A program made the position numbers and the translations under genes. A stretch of DNA of 32,000 nt. Source: Candidatus Saccharimonadota bacterium. GTDB taxonomy: Bacteria; Pseudomonadota; Gammaproteobacteria; Enterobacterales; Enterobacteriaceae. This document shows, piece by piece, positions 20,455-30,209 of the stretch. The first letter of the stretch is position 1. The number at the start of each line of letters is the position of its first letter. The stretch spans positions 300,001 through 332,000 of the forward strand of contig CP188088.1 in the NCBI GenBank assembly GCA_049942965.1, written 5' to 3'. Below the pieces are notes generated by a model. The model was given only the letters and a program-made list of their open reading frames with translations. It had not been told where the DNA came from and did not search any database.

Positions 20455-21155
20455 AAATCAATTCCTAATTTATATACTAATAAAAAAATTAATAATAAAT
20501 TTTAAAATTCATTCTTAGTTTAGAAGAACAAAAAGTAACAATAATTAATAACTTGATATATCTTTTTTATAAAATTAATTAAAATTTTTAAAATTATTTA
20601 TTTTTTTTTAATTTATTAATCTATTATTTTAATTAATTTTTAAATTAATCAAAAATAACCTGAAAAATACTTTTCTATAAAATGCATTTAATATTAATAT
20701 TGAACAATAATTAATATGATAATTTTTATAAATCTTTTAATAGAAAATTTCAAAAAATGTTTATAACAGTATGTATTAAAAATTTTTTATAAACTTTTTA
20801 AAAAATATATAAAACTTAGCAATACTAAAATACAAATCTAAAAATAAAAACTTAATCATTAATTTTGAATAATTTTGACGAAATTTCAAAATAATATAAG
20901 TTTTTTATTTTTTATACCAAAATTAAATAGTTACTAAAAAATATTCTTTATATATTGTACTTAAAGAACTATTTTTACTATAATTAGAATACACAATTCA
21001 AAATTGTATAAATAAATTATAGCAATCTATAATTTAAAGTTAATCTATTTTAATTACTTTAAGAAAAAGAAAAATTTTAACCATAACAACTGTGGATTAT
21101 TAAACAATTCTAAAATAGTCAAGAAATGTATTGACTTATCCAACAAGGAAAAAAA

Positions 21156-22877
21156 ATGAAACTATTATCTGGTTCAGAAATGGTCATACATTCTTTAATT
21201 GATCAAGGAATAGAATATGTTTTTGGGTATCCTGGTGGTGCTGTATTAGATATTTATGATGCATTAAAAACAGTAAATAACAAAATTAATCATATTTTAG
21301 TAAGACATGAACAGGGAGCTGTACATATGGCTGACGGGTATGCTAGAGCCTCTGGAAAAACTGGTGTTGTATTAGTTACTTCAGGACCAGGTGCAACAAA
21401 CGCTATTACAGGAATTGCTACAGCTTATATGGACTCAATTCCAATTGTTGTAATTTCTGGACAAGTTTCCTCTCATCTAATTGGTTTTGACGCATTTCAA
21501 GAATGCGATATGATTGGAATATCTAGACCAATAGTTAAACATAGCTTTTTAGTAAAAAAGACAGAAGAAATCCCACTTATTTTTAAAAAATCTTTTTTCT
21601 TAGCATCAACTGGAAGAAAAGGTCCAGTCGTAATCGATTTACCAAAAAATATTTTGGACCAAAAAAATAAAAAAAAATATTTTTGGCCTATGAATATTAA
21701 TATTAGGTCATATAATCCTTATCTAATAGAAGGAGAAGAAAAAATTCCAAAAGTAATAGAACAATTACTTCTTTCAAAAAAACCAGTTATATATTCAGGA
21801 GGAGGAGTAATTAGTTCAAATGCTAGTGAAGAACTAAAAGAATTATCCGAATTGTTATTTTTACCAGTTACTACGTCATTAATGGGATTAGGTTCTTTTC
21901 CAGCAAGTCATAAACAAAGTATTGCAATGTTAGGAATGCATGGAACGTATGAAGCAAATATGGCTATGCATTATTCTGATTTAATTTTCGCAATTGGAGT
22001 TAGATTTGATGATAGAACAACTAATAATCTAGAAAAATATTGTCCAAATGCAAAAATTATACATATAGACATTGATCCAACTTCTATATCAAAAACAGTA
22101 AAATCAGACATTTCAATCATAGGAGATGCAAAATATATTTTAAATAAAATAATTAATTTTTTAAAAAAACAAAAGATAACCAGAAATAAAAAATTTTTAA
22201 AAAACTGGTGGACGTCTATAGATAAATGGAGATCTATAAATAGTTTAAAATATAAAAAAAACAAACAAACAATACAATCACAAGAAATTATTAAAACACT
22301 TTGGAAAATTACAAAAGGAAAAGCTTATGTAACATCTGATGTTGGACAACATCAAATGTTTACAGCACAATATTATCAATTTAATGATCCTAGAAAATGG
22401 ATTAATTCTGGAGGATTAGGGACAATGGGTTTTGGATTACCTGCAGCAATTGGAGTAAAAATTGCATTCCCAAAAAAAATGGTGGTTTGTATCACAGGCG
22501 ATGGAAGTATTCAAATGAATATTCAAGAACTTTCTACAGCTAAGCAGTATAAAACTGCCATTTTAATTGTTAATCTAAACAATAAATCTTTAGGTATGGT
22601 TAAACAATGGCAAGACGTAATGTATTCTTCTAGATATTCACACTCTTATATGAAATCTTTGCCTGATTTTATAAAATTAGCAGAATCGTACGGACACATA
22701 GGAATATCTATTAATAAACCAAAAGAAATTAAAAAAAAATTAAAATCTGCACTTGAGCACTTATCTAAAAATCATCTTGTATTCGTAGATGTACAAATTG
22801 ATAGTTCAGAACACGTTTATCCTATGCAAATCAGAAACGGATCTATGAAAGATATGCTATTAAGAAAAAGCAGGTAA
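21156..22877 (+). CDS. ilvI: Acetolactate synthase III large subunit, 573 aa
   Basis: [57 protein letters not shown], the ThDP motif [17 protein letters not shown]...[16 protein letters not shown], and C-terminal EHVYPMQIR are near-identical to E. coli IlvI. AAGGAA lies upstream of the ATG. Confidence 0.96.
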   Translation: MKLLSGSEMVIHSLIDQGIEYVFGYPGGAVLDIYDALKTVNNKINHILVRHEQGAVHMADGYARASGKTGVVLVTSGPGATNAITGIATAYMDSIPIVVISGQVSSHLIGFDAFQECDMIGISRPIVKHSFLVKKTEEIPLIFKKSFFLASTGRKGPVVIDLPKNILDQKNKKKYFWPMNINIRSYNPYLIEGEEKIPKVIEQLLLSKKPVIYSGGGVISSNASEELKELSELLFLPVTTSLMGLGSFPASHKQSIAMLGMHGTYEANMAMHYSDLIFAIGVRFDDRTTNNLEKYCPNAKIIHIDIDPTSISKTVKSDISIIGDAKYILNKIINFLKKQKITRNKKFLKNWWTSIDKWRSINSLKYKKNKQTIQSQEIIKTLWKITKGKAYVTSDVGQHQMFTAQYYQFNDPRKWINSGGLGTMGFGLPAAIGVKIAFPKKMVVCITGDGSIQMNIQELSTAKQYKTAILIVNLNNKSLGMVKQWQDVMYSSRYSHSYMKSLPDFIKLAESYGHIGISINKPKEIKKKLKSALEHLSKNHLVFVDVQIDSSEHVYPMQIRNGSMKDMLLRKSR

Positions 22878-22885
22878 ATAAAAAA

Positions 22886-23365
22886 ATGAAAAGATTTTTA
22901 TCGATTTTACTAGAAAACGAATCTGGTTCATTATCAAGAGTTGTTGGTCTGTTTTCCCAAAGAGGTTACAATATAGAAAGTCTTAATGTAGCCCCTACTG
23001 AAGATCCTTCAATATCAAAGATGACAGTTCAAACTATTGGAAATGAAAAAGTAATTGCACAAATTGAAAAACAACTTAAGAAAAATATAAATGTTTTAAA
23101 TGTTTTTGAGATAAAAAAAAAAAAACATCTTCAAAAAGAAATTATTTTAATTAAAATAAACATTAATAATACAGAAAAAGAAGAAATATTAGAAATAATT
23201 AAAATATTTCAAGGAAAAATAATTCTCAAAAAAAATATTTGTAATATCATACAACTATCTGAAACTCATGAAAATATAAATAAATTTTTAAAACTAATTG
23301 AGAAAAAAACAAACATATTAGAACTAACTCGTTCTGGTATAATAAGTATAACAAAATTAAAATAA
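22886..23365 (+). CDS. ilvH: Acetolactate synthase III small (regulatory, ACT-domain) subunit, 159 aa
   Basis: [37 protein letters not shown] compares with E. coli [37 protein letters not shown]. It lies 8 nt downstream of ilvI. Confidence 0.95.
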   Translation: [159 protein letters not shown]

Positions 23366-23394
23366 ATATTTATAAAAAATATTTCGATAAAAAA

Positions 23395-24348
23395 ATGAAT
23401 CAAAAAAAAGATAAAAAATATTTTCATACATCAGTAATGAAAAAAGAAGTCATTAAATATTTAAAGATAAAAAAAAACGGAATATATATTGATGCAACTT
23501 TTGGGTATGGAGGACATACTAAAGAAATTTTGAAAAAATTAGGAAAAAATGGAAGAGTATATGCAATAGACAAAGATCCAGAAACTACGAAACAAGCAGA
23601 AAAAATAGCTGATTCTAGATTTCATTTTATTAATGGAAATTTTTCAAAAATTTATAATTATGTAGTTAATTTAGGAATAAAAAAAAAAATCGACGGGATA
23701 TTATTTGATTTAGGAATTTCATCTCCACAGTTAGATAATCCAAGTCGTGGATTTTCTTTTAGTAAAGATGGTCCATTAGATATGAGAATGAATCAAAAAA
23801 ACTATGTTTCTGCATCTAGGTGGTTAAAACAAGCCAAAGAAAAAAAAATCCATATTATTTTAAAAAAATATGGCGAAGAAAGATATTCAAAAAAAATAGC
23901 AAGAGCAATAAAAAAACAAAATAAAAAAAAAATGATTACTAGAACTAATGAACTATCAAAATTAATCTGCGACACTATTCCAATATTAAATAAAAAAAGA
24001 AAAAAACATCCCGCAACTAGAAGTTTTCAAGCAATAAGAATATATATAAACCAAGAGTTGAAAAATTTGGATATAGCTTTAAAAAATACATTAGACATAA
24101 TGAATAAAAAAAGTAGAATTTTAATAATAAGTTTTCATTCATTAGAAGATAAACAAGTAAAAAAATTTATTTTAAACAATTCTACATATAATAATATTCC
24201 TACAAAATTATCTATTTTAGAAAATGATTTAAAAAAACAAAAAAAAATCAGATTAAAAAATATAAAAAAAATTTTACCGAGCAAAAATGAAATTAAAAAA
24301 AACCCTCGATCAAGAAGTGCTATACTAAGAGTTTCTGAAATCATATAG
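23395..24348 (+). CDS. rsmH: 16S rRNA (cytosine1402-N4)-methyltransferase RsmH (MraW), 317 aa
   Basis: GIYIDATFGYGGHTKEIL, AIDKDP, ILFDLGISSPQLDNPSRGFSF, GPLDMRM, FHSLEDK and RSRSAILRV are colinear with E. coli RsmH (313 aa). Confidence 0.94.
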   Translation: MNQKKDKKYFHTSVMKKEVIKYLKIKKNGIYIDATFGYGGHTKEILKKLGKNGRVYAIDKDPETTKQAEKIADSRFHFINGNFSKIYNYVVNLGIKKKIDGILFDLGISSPQLDNPSRGFSFSKDGPLDMRMNQKNYVSASRWLKQAKEKKIHIILKKYGEERYSKKIARAIKKQNKKKMITRTNELSKLICDTIPILNKKRKKHPATRSFQAIRIYINQELKNLDIALKNTLDIMNKKSRILIISFHSLEDKQVKKFILNNSTYNNIPTKLSILENDLKKQKKIRLKNIKKILPSKNEIKKNPRSRSAILRVSEII

Positions 24349-24632
24349 AAAATTATTTAATTTTTATTTTAAATTTTAATAAAATCAATATAAAAAATGA
24401 CAAAAAACTATATTTTTTAAATATAAAAAAATACTCTTCTATTTTAAAAAAATAAAAAAAATCAGATTTTTAATCTTATATATTTAAATTAATAAAAAAT
24501 TAAACTTATTTTTTTATTTTTTTATTTTTTTTTTAAATACTAATATTTAATTAAATTAAAATTCTTTTTCTTCAAATAAAAAAAATATTAGTAAAAAATA
24601 TTATTAAAAAAATGGAAACGGGCTAAGAAATA

Positions 24633-25898
24633 ATGATTTCGACAACAAAAAAAAAACTAGTGTTCGGAATTGACATAGGAACAACAAAAGTAACTACTTT
24701 AGTAGGAGAAATATTGACTGATGGATTAATTAACATAATTGGAATAGGAAATTGCGCATCTAAAGGAATTAATAATGGTTCAGTTAACGATTTAGAATCA
24801 ATAATAAAATGTATACAAAAATCTATTGAACAAGCTGAGATTATGTCAAAATCTCGTATTTCTTCAGTATATTTATCTTTATCAAGTAAAGATATAAATT
24901 GTCAAAACGAAATTGGAATTATTCCTATAATTCAAGAAAAAGTAAATAAGGAAGATATAAAAAATGTGATTTTTATTGCAAAATCGGTTCAAATATACAA
25001 CGAACATTGTATGTTACATGTATTACCACAAGAATATCAAATAGATCAACAAACTGGAATTAAAAATCCGATTGGTTTATCTGGAATAAGAATGAAAGCT
25101 GAAGTACATTTAATTACTTGTCATAAAAAAATAAAGAAAAATCTAATAAAATGTATAGAAAAATTTGGATTAAAAGTTGATCAATTAATTTTTTCAGGAT
25201 TAGCTTCTAGCGAAGCTGTTCTTACTGAAGAAGAAAAAAATTTAGGAGTGTGTTTAATTGATATTGGTGGTGGTACTATGGATATAGTAATTTATATAGC
25301 AGGAATTCTCAAACATAGTCAAGTAATCCCATATGCTGGAAATACAATTACTAATGATATTTCATATGCCTTTTCCACATCTCAAATAAATGCAGAAAAT
25401 ATAAAAACTTTGTATGGAACAGCAACAAGCTCAAATAAAAAAAGTACTGAAAAAATTTTAACCACTGATATTTCAGGAATACAAAATAAAAAAATTAAAA
25501 AAAATAAATTAACTGAAATTATCGAACCTAGGTGTTCAGAATTATTCGAATTAGTAAATCAAAAAATTATTTCTTTACAAAATAAATTAAAAAGAAATGG
25601 AGCTAAATACCAACTTTTATCTGGAATTGTTTTAACAGGAGGTAGTTCCAAAATGAAAAATGTATCCAAATGTGCTGAAAAAATTTTTAATAAAAAAGTA
25701 AGAATCGGATTTCCAAAAAAAATTACCGGAACAACAAAAAATATAAACGATCCAAATTATTCAACAGCTATTGGATTATTACACTTTGGAAAAAATAAAT
25801 ATATTGAAGAAATAAAAAAAGAAACACCTCTAAAAAAAAAAAATGTGTTTTCTATTTATTTAAAAAAAATTAACAATTGGATAAAAAAAAAATTTTAA
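24633..25898 (+). CDS. ftsA: Cell division protein FtsA (actin-like), 421 aa
   Basis: LVFGIDIGTTKVTTLVGE, CLIDIGGGTMDIVIY and GIVLTGGSSKM are present. The C-terminal amphipathic membrane-targeting helix NNWIKKKF compares with E. coli NSWLRKEF. The gene lies upstream of ftsZ. Confidence 0.94.
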   Translation: MISTTKKKLVFGIDIGTTKVTTLVGEILTDGLINIIGIGNCASKGINNGSVNDLESIIKCIQKSIEQAEIMSKSRISSVYLSLSSKDINCQNEIGIIPIIQEKVNKEDIKNVIFIAKSVQIYNEHCMLHVLPQEYQIDQQTGIKNPIGLSGIRMKAEVHLITCHKKIKKNLIKCIEKFGLKVDQLIFSGLASSEAVLTEEEKNLGVCLIDIGGGTMDIVIYIAGILKHSQVIPYAGNTITNDISYAFSTSQINAENIKTLYGTATSSNKKSTEKILTTDISGIQNKKIKKNKLTEIIEPRCSELFELVNQKIISLQNKLKRNGAKYQLLSGIVLTGGSSKMKNVSKCAEKIFNKKVRIGFPKKITGTTKNINDPNYSTAIGLLHFGKNKYIEEIKKETPLKKKNVFSIYLKKINNWIKKKF

Positions 25899-25950
25899 AA
25901 ATATCATTGTTTTTAAATACTTTACATTTATTTTAAAATGAGGAAAAAAA

Positions 25951-27081
25951 ATGTTTGAATCAGTAGAACAAAGTAGTAATGCTGTAATAAAAGTAATTGG
26001 AGTAGGAGGAGGAGGAGGTAATGCTGTAGAATATATGATTCGAGAAAAAATTGAAGGGGTCCAATTTTTTTCTATTAATACAGATGCTCAAGCATTAAGA
26101 AAAATTGAAGTTGCACAAACTATTCAAATAGGAAATAACATCACAAAAGGATTAGGAGCTGGTGCTAATCCAGAAATAGGAAGAACCTCTGCAGAAGAAG
26201 ATAAAGAAACTATACAATCCTGTTTAGAAGGTTCAGACATGGTTTTTATAGCAGCAGGAATGGGAGGAGGGACTGGTACTGGAGCTGCTCCAATAATAGC
26301 AGAAATTGCAAAAGAATTAGGAATTTTAACTGTAGCTGTTGTAACAAAACCATTTCATTTTGAAGGAAAAAAAAGAATGGATTGTGCTGAATTAGGACTA
26401 AATGAATTATCTAAAAACGTTGATTCTCTAATAACAATTCCAAATGATAAATTATTAAAAGTATTATCAAGAGGTATTTCTCTACTTGATGCTTTTAGCG
26501 CAGCAAACAATGTTCTAAAAGGAGCTGTTCAAGGAATTGCTGAACTAATTACTAGACCAGGTCTTATGAATGTAGATTTTGCAGACGTTAGAACAGTGAT
26601 GTCAGAAATGGGATATGCTATGATGGGATCTGGAATTTCTTCAGGAGAAAACAGAGCTGAAGAAGCAGCTTCAATTGCAATTTCCAGTCCTTTACTAGAA
26701 GATATAGATTTATCTGGTGCTAAAGGAGTGTTAGTAAATATAACAGCAGGTTTTGATTTAAGATTAGATGAATTTGAAGCTGTTGGAAATACAATTAGAT
26801 CTTTTTCTTCGGATAATGCAACTGTAGTAATTGGAACTTCTTTAGATCCAGAAATAAATGATTCACTTAGAGTTACTGTCGTAGCTACTGGAATTTCTAC
26901 ATATGGATTAGAAAATGAAAATATACAAAAAGAAGAAAGTAAAAAAGAAATATTTATTAATAATTATAGGTATAAAAATTTTAAAAATCTTGAAAAAACC
27001 AAAAATGAAACTAAATTAAATTTTAACAAATCGTTAAATTATTTAGATATTCCTACTTTTTTAAGAAAAAAAGGAAAATAA
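25951..27081 (+). CDS. ftsZ: Cell division GTPase FtsZ, 376 aa
   Basis: [14 protein letters not shown], the tubulin signature [23 protein letters not shown], and the conserved C-terminal peptide [11 protein letters not shown] (E. coli YLDIPAFLRKQ). Confidence 0.97.
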   Translation: MFESVEQSSNAVIKVIGVGGGGGNAVEYMIREKIEGVQFFSINTDAQALRKIEVAQTIQIGNNITKGLGAGANPEIGRTSAEEDKETIQSCLEGSDMVFIAAGMGGGTGTGAAPIIAEIAKELGILTVAVVTKPFHFEGKKRMDCAELGLNELSKNVDSLITIPNDKLLKVLSRGISLLDAFSAANNVLKGAVQGIAELITRPGLMNVDFADVRTVMSEMGYAMMGSGISSGENRAEEAASIAISSPLLEDIDLSGAKGVLVNITAGFDLRLDEFEAVGNTIRSFSSDNATVVIGTSLDPEINDSLRVTVVATGISTYGLENENIQKEESKKEIFINNYRYKNFKNLEKTKNETKLNFNKSLNYLDIPTFLRKKGK

Positions 27082-27187
27082 TTTTCTATAGAAAAAGTCT
27101 TTATTTTAAAATATAAAAATTAAAACAAAAAAAGTTCTTATTCTTATTGAAAATCACTAAATTTTACTACTTTTCAAAAACAAAAAA

Positions 27188-27529
27188 ATGAAACAAACAA
27201 ACATTTTAATCAATATTACTAAACAAGCAGCTATAAAAGTACAAGAACTAATTAAAAAAAATAACAAAAAAAAAAATAAATTAAGAATTTATATCCTTGG
27301 AGGAGGTTGTTCGGGTTTTCAATATAAATTTATTTTTGAATCAAAAGCCAATAAAGACGATATAATAATTAAACAATTAGGAGTTTCATTAATTGTAGAC
27401 CCAATTACCATACAGTATATTGCTGGAGGAAACATAGATTTTACTGAAAACTTAGAAGGATCTAAATTTGTTGTTTTTAATCCTAATGCTAAAAATACTT
27501 GTAGCTGTGGATCATCTTTTAACATTTAA
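27188..27529 (+). CDS. erpA: Iron-sulfur cluster insertion protein ErpA (A-type carrier, YadR), 113 aa
   Basis: [17 protein letters not shown] and [16 protein letters not shown] compare with E. coli [17 protein letters not shown] and NPNAKSTCGCGSSFSI. All three cluster-ligand Cys residues are retained. Confidence 0.93.
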   Translation: MKQTNILINITKQAAIKVQELIKKNNKKKNKLRIYILGGGCSGFQYKFIFESKANKDDIIIKQLGVSLIVDPITIQYIAGGNIDFTENLEGSKFVVFNPNAKNTCSCGSSFNI

Positions 27530-27562
27530 ATAACTTAAAAAACTACAAAAAGAGCAAAAAAA

Positions 27563-28254
27563 ATGAAAATAGGAATTATTGGATCAATGGAAAAAGAAAT
27601 AAAGTTTTTAAAAAAAAATATAAAAGTAAAAAAAAAAAAATTTATGATTATATATTTTATATAGGAAAAATTTACAATATACAAGTTATAATCTTAAAAT
27701 CAAATATTGGAAAAGTTTCATCATCAATTGCTACAACATTACTAATTCATATATTCAAACCAAATTTAATTTTAAACATTGGTACTGCTGGTTCTTTAAC
27801 TAAAAAATTAAATTCTGGAGATTTAGCAATTGCAGAAAAAATCAGCTATTTTGATGTTGATTTAAGAACTTTTGATTATAACATTGGACAAATACCTAAT
27901 TGTCCTATTTTTTTTAAAACAACAAAATTATACACAAAAAAAATAAAATCAGTAATATACAAAAAAAAATATAATTTTTTAGAAGGATTAATTATTAGCG
28001 GAGATACATTTATTGGAACAAATACAAAAAAAAAAATAATAAAAAAAAATTTTCCAAAATCTATTGCAGTTGACATGGAATGTGCTGCTGTAGCTCATGT
28101 ATGTCATGTACTACACATTCCATTTATAATAATTAAAATTATATCTGACAAATCTGATAAAAACGGTAAATCTGATTTTAAAAATTTTATTAATAAATCA
28201 GGAAAAATTATTTTTCTAATAGTATCATCAATATTAAAAGAAATTTCCAAATAA
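27563..28254 (+). pseudogene. mtnN: 5'-methylthioadenosine/S-adenosylhomocysteine nucleosidase (MtnN/Pfs) with a single frameshift in an A13 tract
   Basis: ATG 27563 reads MKIGIIGSMEKEI (E. coli MKIGIIGAMEEEV), then A13 at 27628-27640, then TAG at 27662-27664. The frame offset by one base is open from 27640 to TAA 28252-28254. It encodes LKSNIGKVSSS, ILNIGTAGSL, GLIISGDTFIG, SIAVDMECAAVAHVCH and IIKIISD, colinear with E. coli MtnN (232 aa). I checked the codon phase by hand at 27664, 27781, 27841, 27901 and 28072. Confidence 0.85.
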
Positions 28255-28473
28255 ACATTTTTTTAAATTTAAAAAAAATCTTTTTTTAAATATTTTTTTA
28301 ATAAATTTAAAAAAATAAAATTAATAATAGAAATCAAATAATTTAAATAAAAAATCTATATCTAGTTTTTATTTAAATAAAATAAACAAAAAATTCTAAA
28401 AAATATGTATATTTAAGAAATATAAAATATTTATTTTTAATAAATATTAATTTTTGATAAAAATTACAACAAC

Positions 28474-28494
28474 AAAAAAAAAAAAAAAAAAAAA
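28474..28494. repeat. Intergenic A21 homopolymer
   Basis: Direct count gives 7+10+4 consecutive A at 28474-28494, in the mtnN-lpdA spacer. Confidence 0.9.
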
Positions 28495-28540
28495 TAAAAA
28501 ATTTTTTTACTTTTGATAAAATAAAAAAATATTTTTTTTA

Positions 28541-28569
28541 AAAAATATATGTATAAAACATATATTTTT
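28541..28569. terminator. Candidate bidirectional hairpin between convergent mtnN and lpdA (AT-only stem)
   Basis: A perfect 12-bp inverted repeat AAAAATATATGT (28541-28552) / ACATATATTTTT (28558-28569) with a 5-nt loop ATAAA. Each strand ends in a U5 run. The stem is weak (one G:C pair), so function is uncertain. Confidence 0.3.
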
Positions 28570-28647
28570 ATCAAAAAAAATATAAATACGAATATTGATA
28601 AATATTAACAATAATAATTAAAAAAAAACTAAAATAAGAATAGTTGT

Positions 28648-30072
28648 CTATTGTTTATTCAAAATTAATAAATCAGTTATTGTTCCATTAAACATCTGTG
28701 CAGATAATCCGATTGATTCATATATAGTTGGATGAGAATGAACAGTCAAAGAAATATCTTCGGAATCACAACCCATTTCAATAGATAATCCTATTTCTCC
28801 TAACAATTCTCCTGCATTAACTCCAATGACAATACCACCTATTATTTTATTAGTATGCTTATCGAAAATTAATTTAGTTTTTCCATATTCAGAATCTTGA
28901 AGTACTGCTTTTCCTAAAATATTCCATGGTAAAACGACAGATTTACAATCAATGCCAGAAGATCTAGCTTCTTTTTCGCTTAAACCTACCCAACCTATTT
29001 CCGGATCCGTGTAAATTATAGAAGGAATTATTTTAGTATCAAAAAAATGAGGTTTTCCTGATATTACTTCTGCAGCAATATGTGCTTGATGCATTCCTTT
29101 ATGAGCTAACATAGGATGACCTGTAACATCTCCGACAGAAAATATGTTGGAAATTGTGGTTTGCATTTGATCATTTACTTTTATAAAACCAATATCATCA
29201 ATATCTACACCAATCTTTCTTAAATTTAAATTTTCACTGTTTGGTCGTCTTCCAATTGCTAATAATATATTGTCATATACTTTATTTTTTTTAAGTAAAT
29301 TATTTTTATTTAAAAATAAAACTTCTATTCCATCGAGTTGAAATTTTACTTCTGAAATAGCAGTTTCTAAAAAAATATTAAATTTATTATGAACTCTATT
29401 TCTAAAAACAGACATAATATCATTATCTAAAAATGAAAAAAGTTTATTACTTGTATCAATAACATCTACTTCAGAACCAAGAGAGCTATATAATGTAGCC
29501 ATCTCCAATCCAATTGCTCCAGCACCAACGATTAATAATCGATTAGGAATTTCTTTAATATTCAATGCATTAGTAGAATCCCAAACTCTAGAATCATCAG
29601 AAAAAGAAAGAACAGATAAATCTATAGGTTTAGACCCAGTAGCAATAATTGAATAATCAAAATCAATAACAGTATTTTTGTCTAAATTACTGACTTCAAT
29701 AGAATTTTTTGATATAAAACTAGCTATACCTTGTATTACTTTAATATTCCTTTTTTTAGACATCATAGATAGACCATCAGATAAACGACTAACTATACTA
29801 TTTTTCCATTTATTAACATTTAGTAAATTTATTTTAGGTTCTTCAAAAAAAACTCCTTTTTCTTTAGCAATTTTAGCCTTTGAAATAATTTTTGAAATTT
29901 CTAATAATGATTTTGAAGGAATACAACCTACATTTAAACATACTCCACCTAAATTACTATAACGTTCTACTAGAATGGTTTTTAATCCTAAATCTGAACA
30001 GCGAAAAGCAGCTGAATATCCAGCAGGTCCTGAACCTACTACAACAACTTCTGTATCAATTTTTTTACACAT
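28648..30072 (-). CDS. lpdA: Dihydrolipoyl dehydrogenase (E3 of the pyruvate dehydrogenase complex), 474 aa
   Basis: VVVVGSGPAGYSAAFRCSDLGL...ERYSNLGGVCLNVGCIPSK compares with E. coli VVVLGAGPAGYSAAFRCADLGL...ERYNTLGGVCLNVGCIPSK (redox disulfide CxxxxC), and C-terminal HSHPT is present. The longest ORF (to 30099) starts at a TTG. The ATG at 30072 gives exactly the E. coli length and is preceded by GGTGA (30077-30081, minus strand). Confidence 0.95.
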   Translation of the reverse strand: MCKKIDTEVVVVGSGPAGYSAAFRCSDLGLKTILVERYSNLGGVCLNVGCIPSKSLLEISKIISKAKIAKEKGVFFEEPKINLLNVNKWKNSIVSRLSDGLSMMSKKRNIKVIQGIASFISKNSIEVSNLDKNTVIDFDYSIIATGSKPIDLSVLSFSDDSRVWDSTNALNIKEIPNRLLIVGAGAIGLEMATLYSSLGSEVDVIDTSNKLFSFLDNDIMSVFRNRVHNKFNIFLETAISEVKFQLDGIEVLFLNKNNLLKKNKVYDNILLAIGRRPNSENLNLRKIGVDIDDIGFIKVNDQMQTTISNIFSVGDVTGHPMLAHKGMHQAHIAAEVISGKPHFFDTKIIPSIIYTDPEIGWVGLSEKEARSSGIDCKSVVLPWNILGKAVLQDSEYGKTKLIFDKHTNKIIGGIVIGVNAGELLGEIGLSIEMGCDSEDISLTVHSHPTIYESIGLSAQMFNGTITDLLILNKQ

Positions 30073-30209
30073 TAAATCACCTATACTTTTTAAAATCAAT
30101 TAAAAATAAACTCTAAACAAACATTATTAATTATTGTGAATAATTGATACAATAATGAAAAATAAATCAATAAAATTAAAAAATTAAATATATTTTCTAA
30201 ATTTTGATT

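Noticed and set aside
27082-27095. A 14-bp palindrome TTTTCTATAGAAAA lies immediately after the ftsZ stop and could be a terminator.
   Set aside because: With a realistic loop it leaves only a 5-bp stem with one G:C pair. It is too weak, and too likely by chance, to call.
30131-30155. An inverted repeat TTATTGT-N11-ACAATAA in the aceF-lpdA spacer upstream of lpdA could be an operator, since E. coli lpd has its own regulated promoter.
   Set aside because: The 7-bp AT-rich arms are expected by chance. The sequence does not match the PdhR, ArcA or Fnr consensus as I remember them. Such regulators are generally absent from Buchnera.
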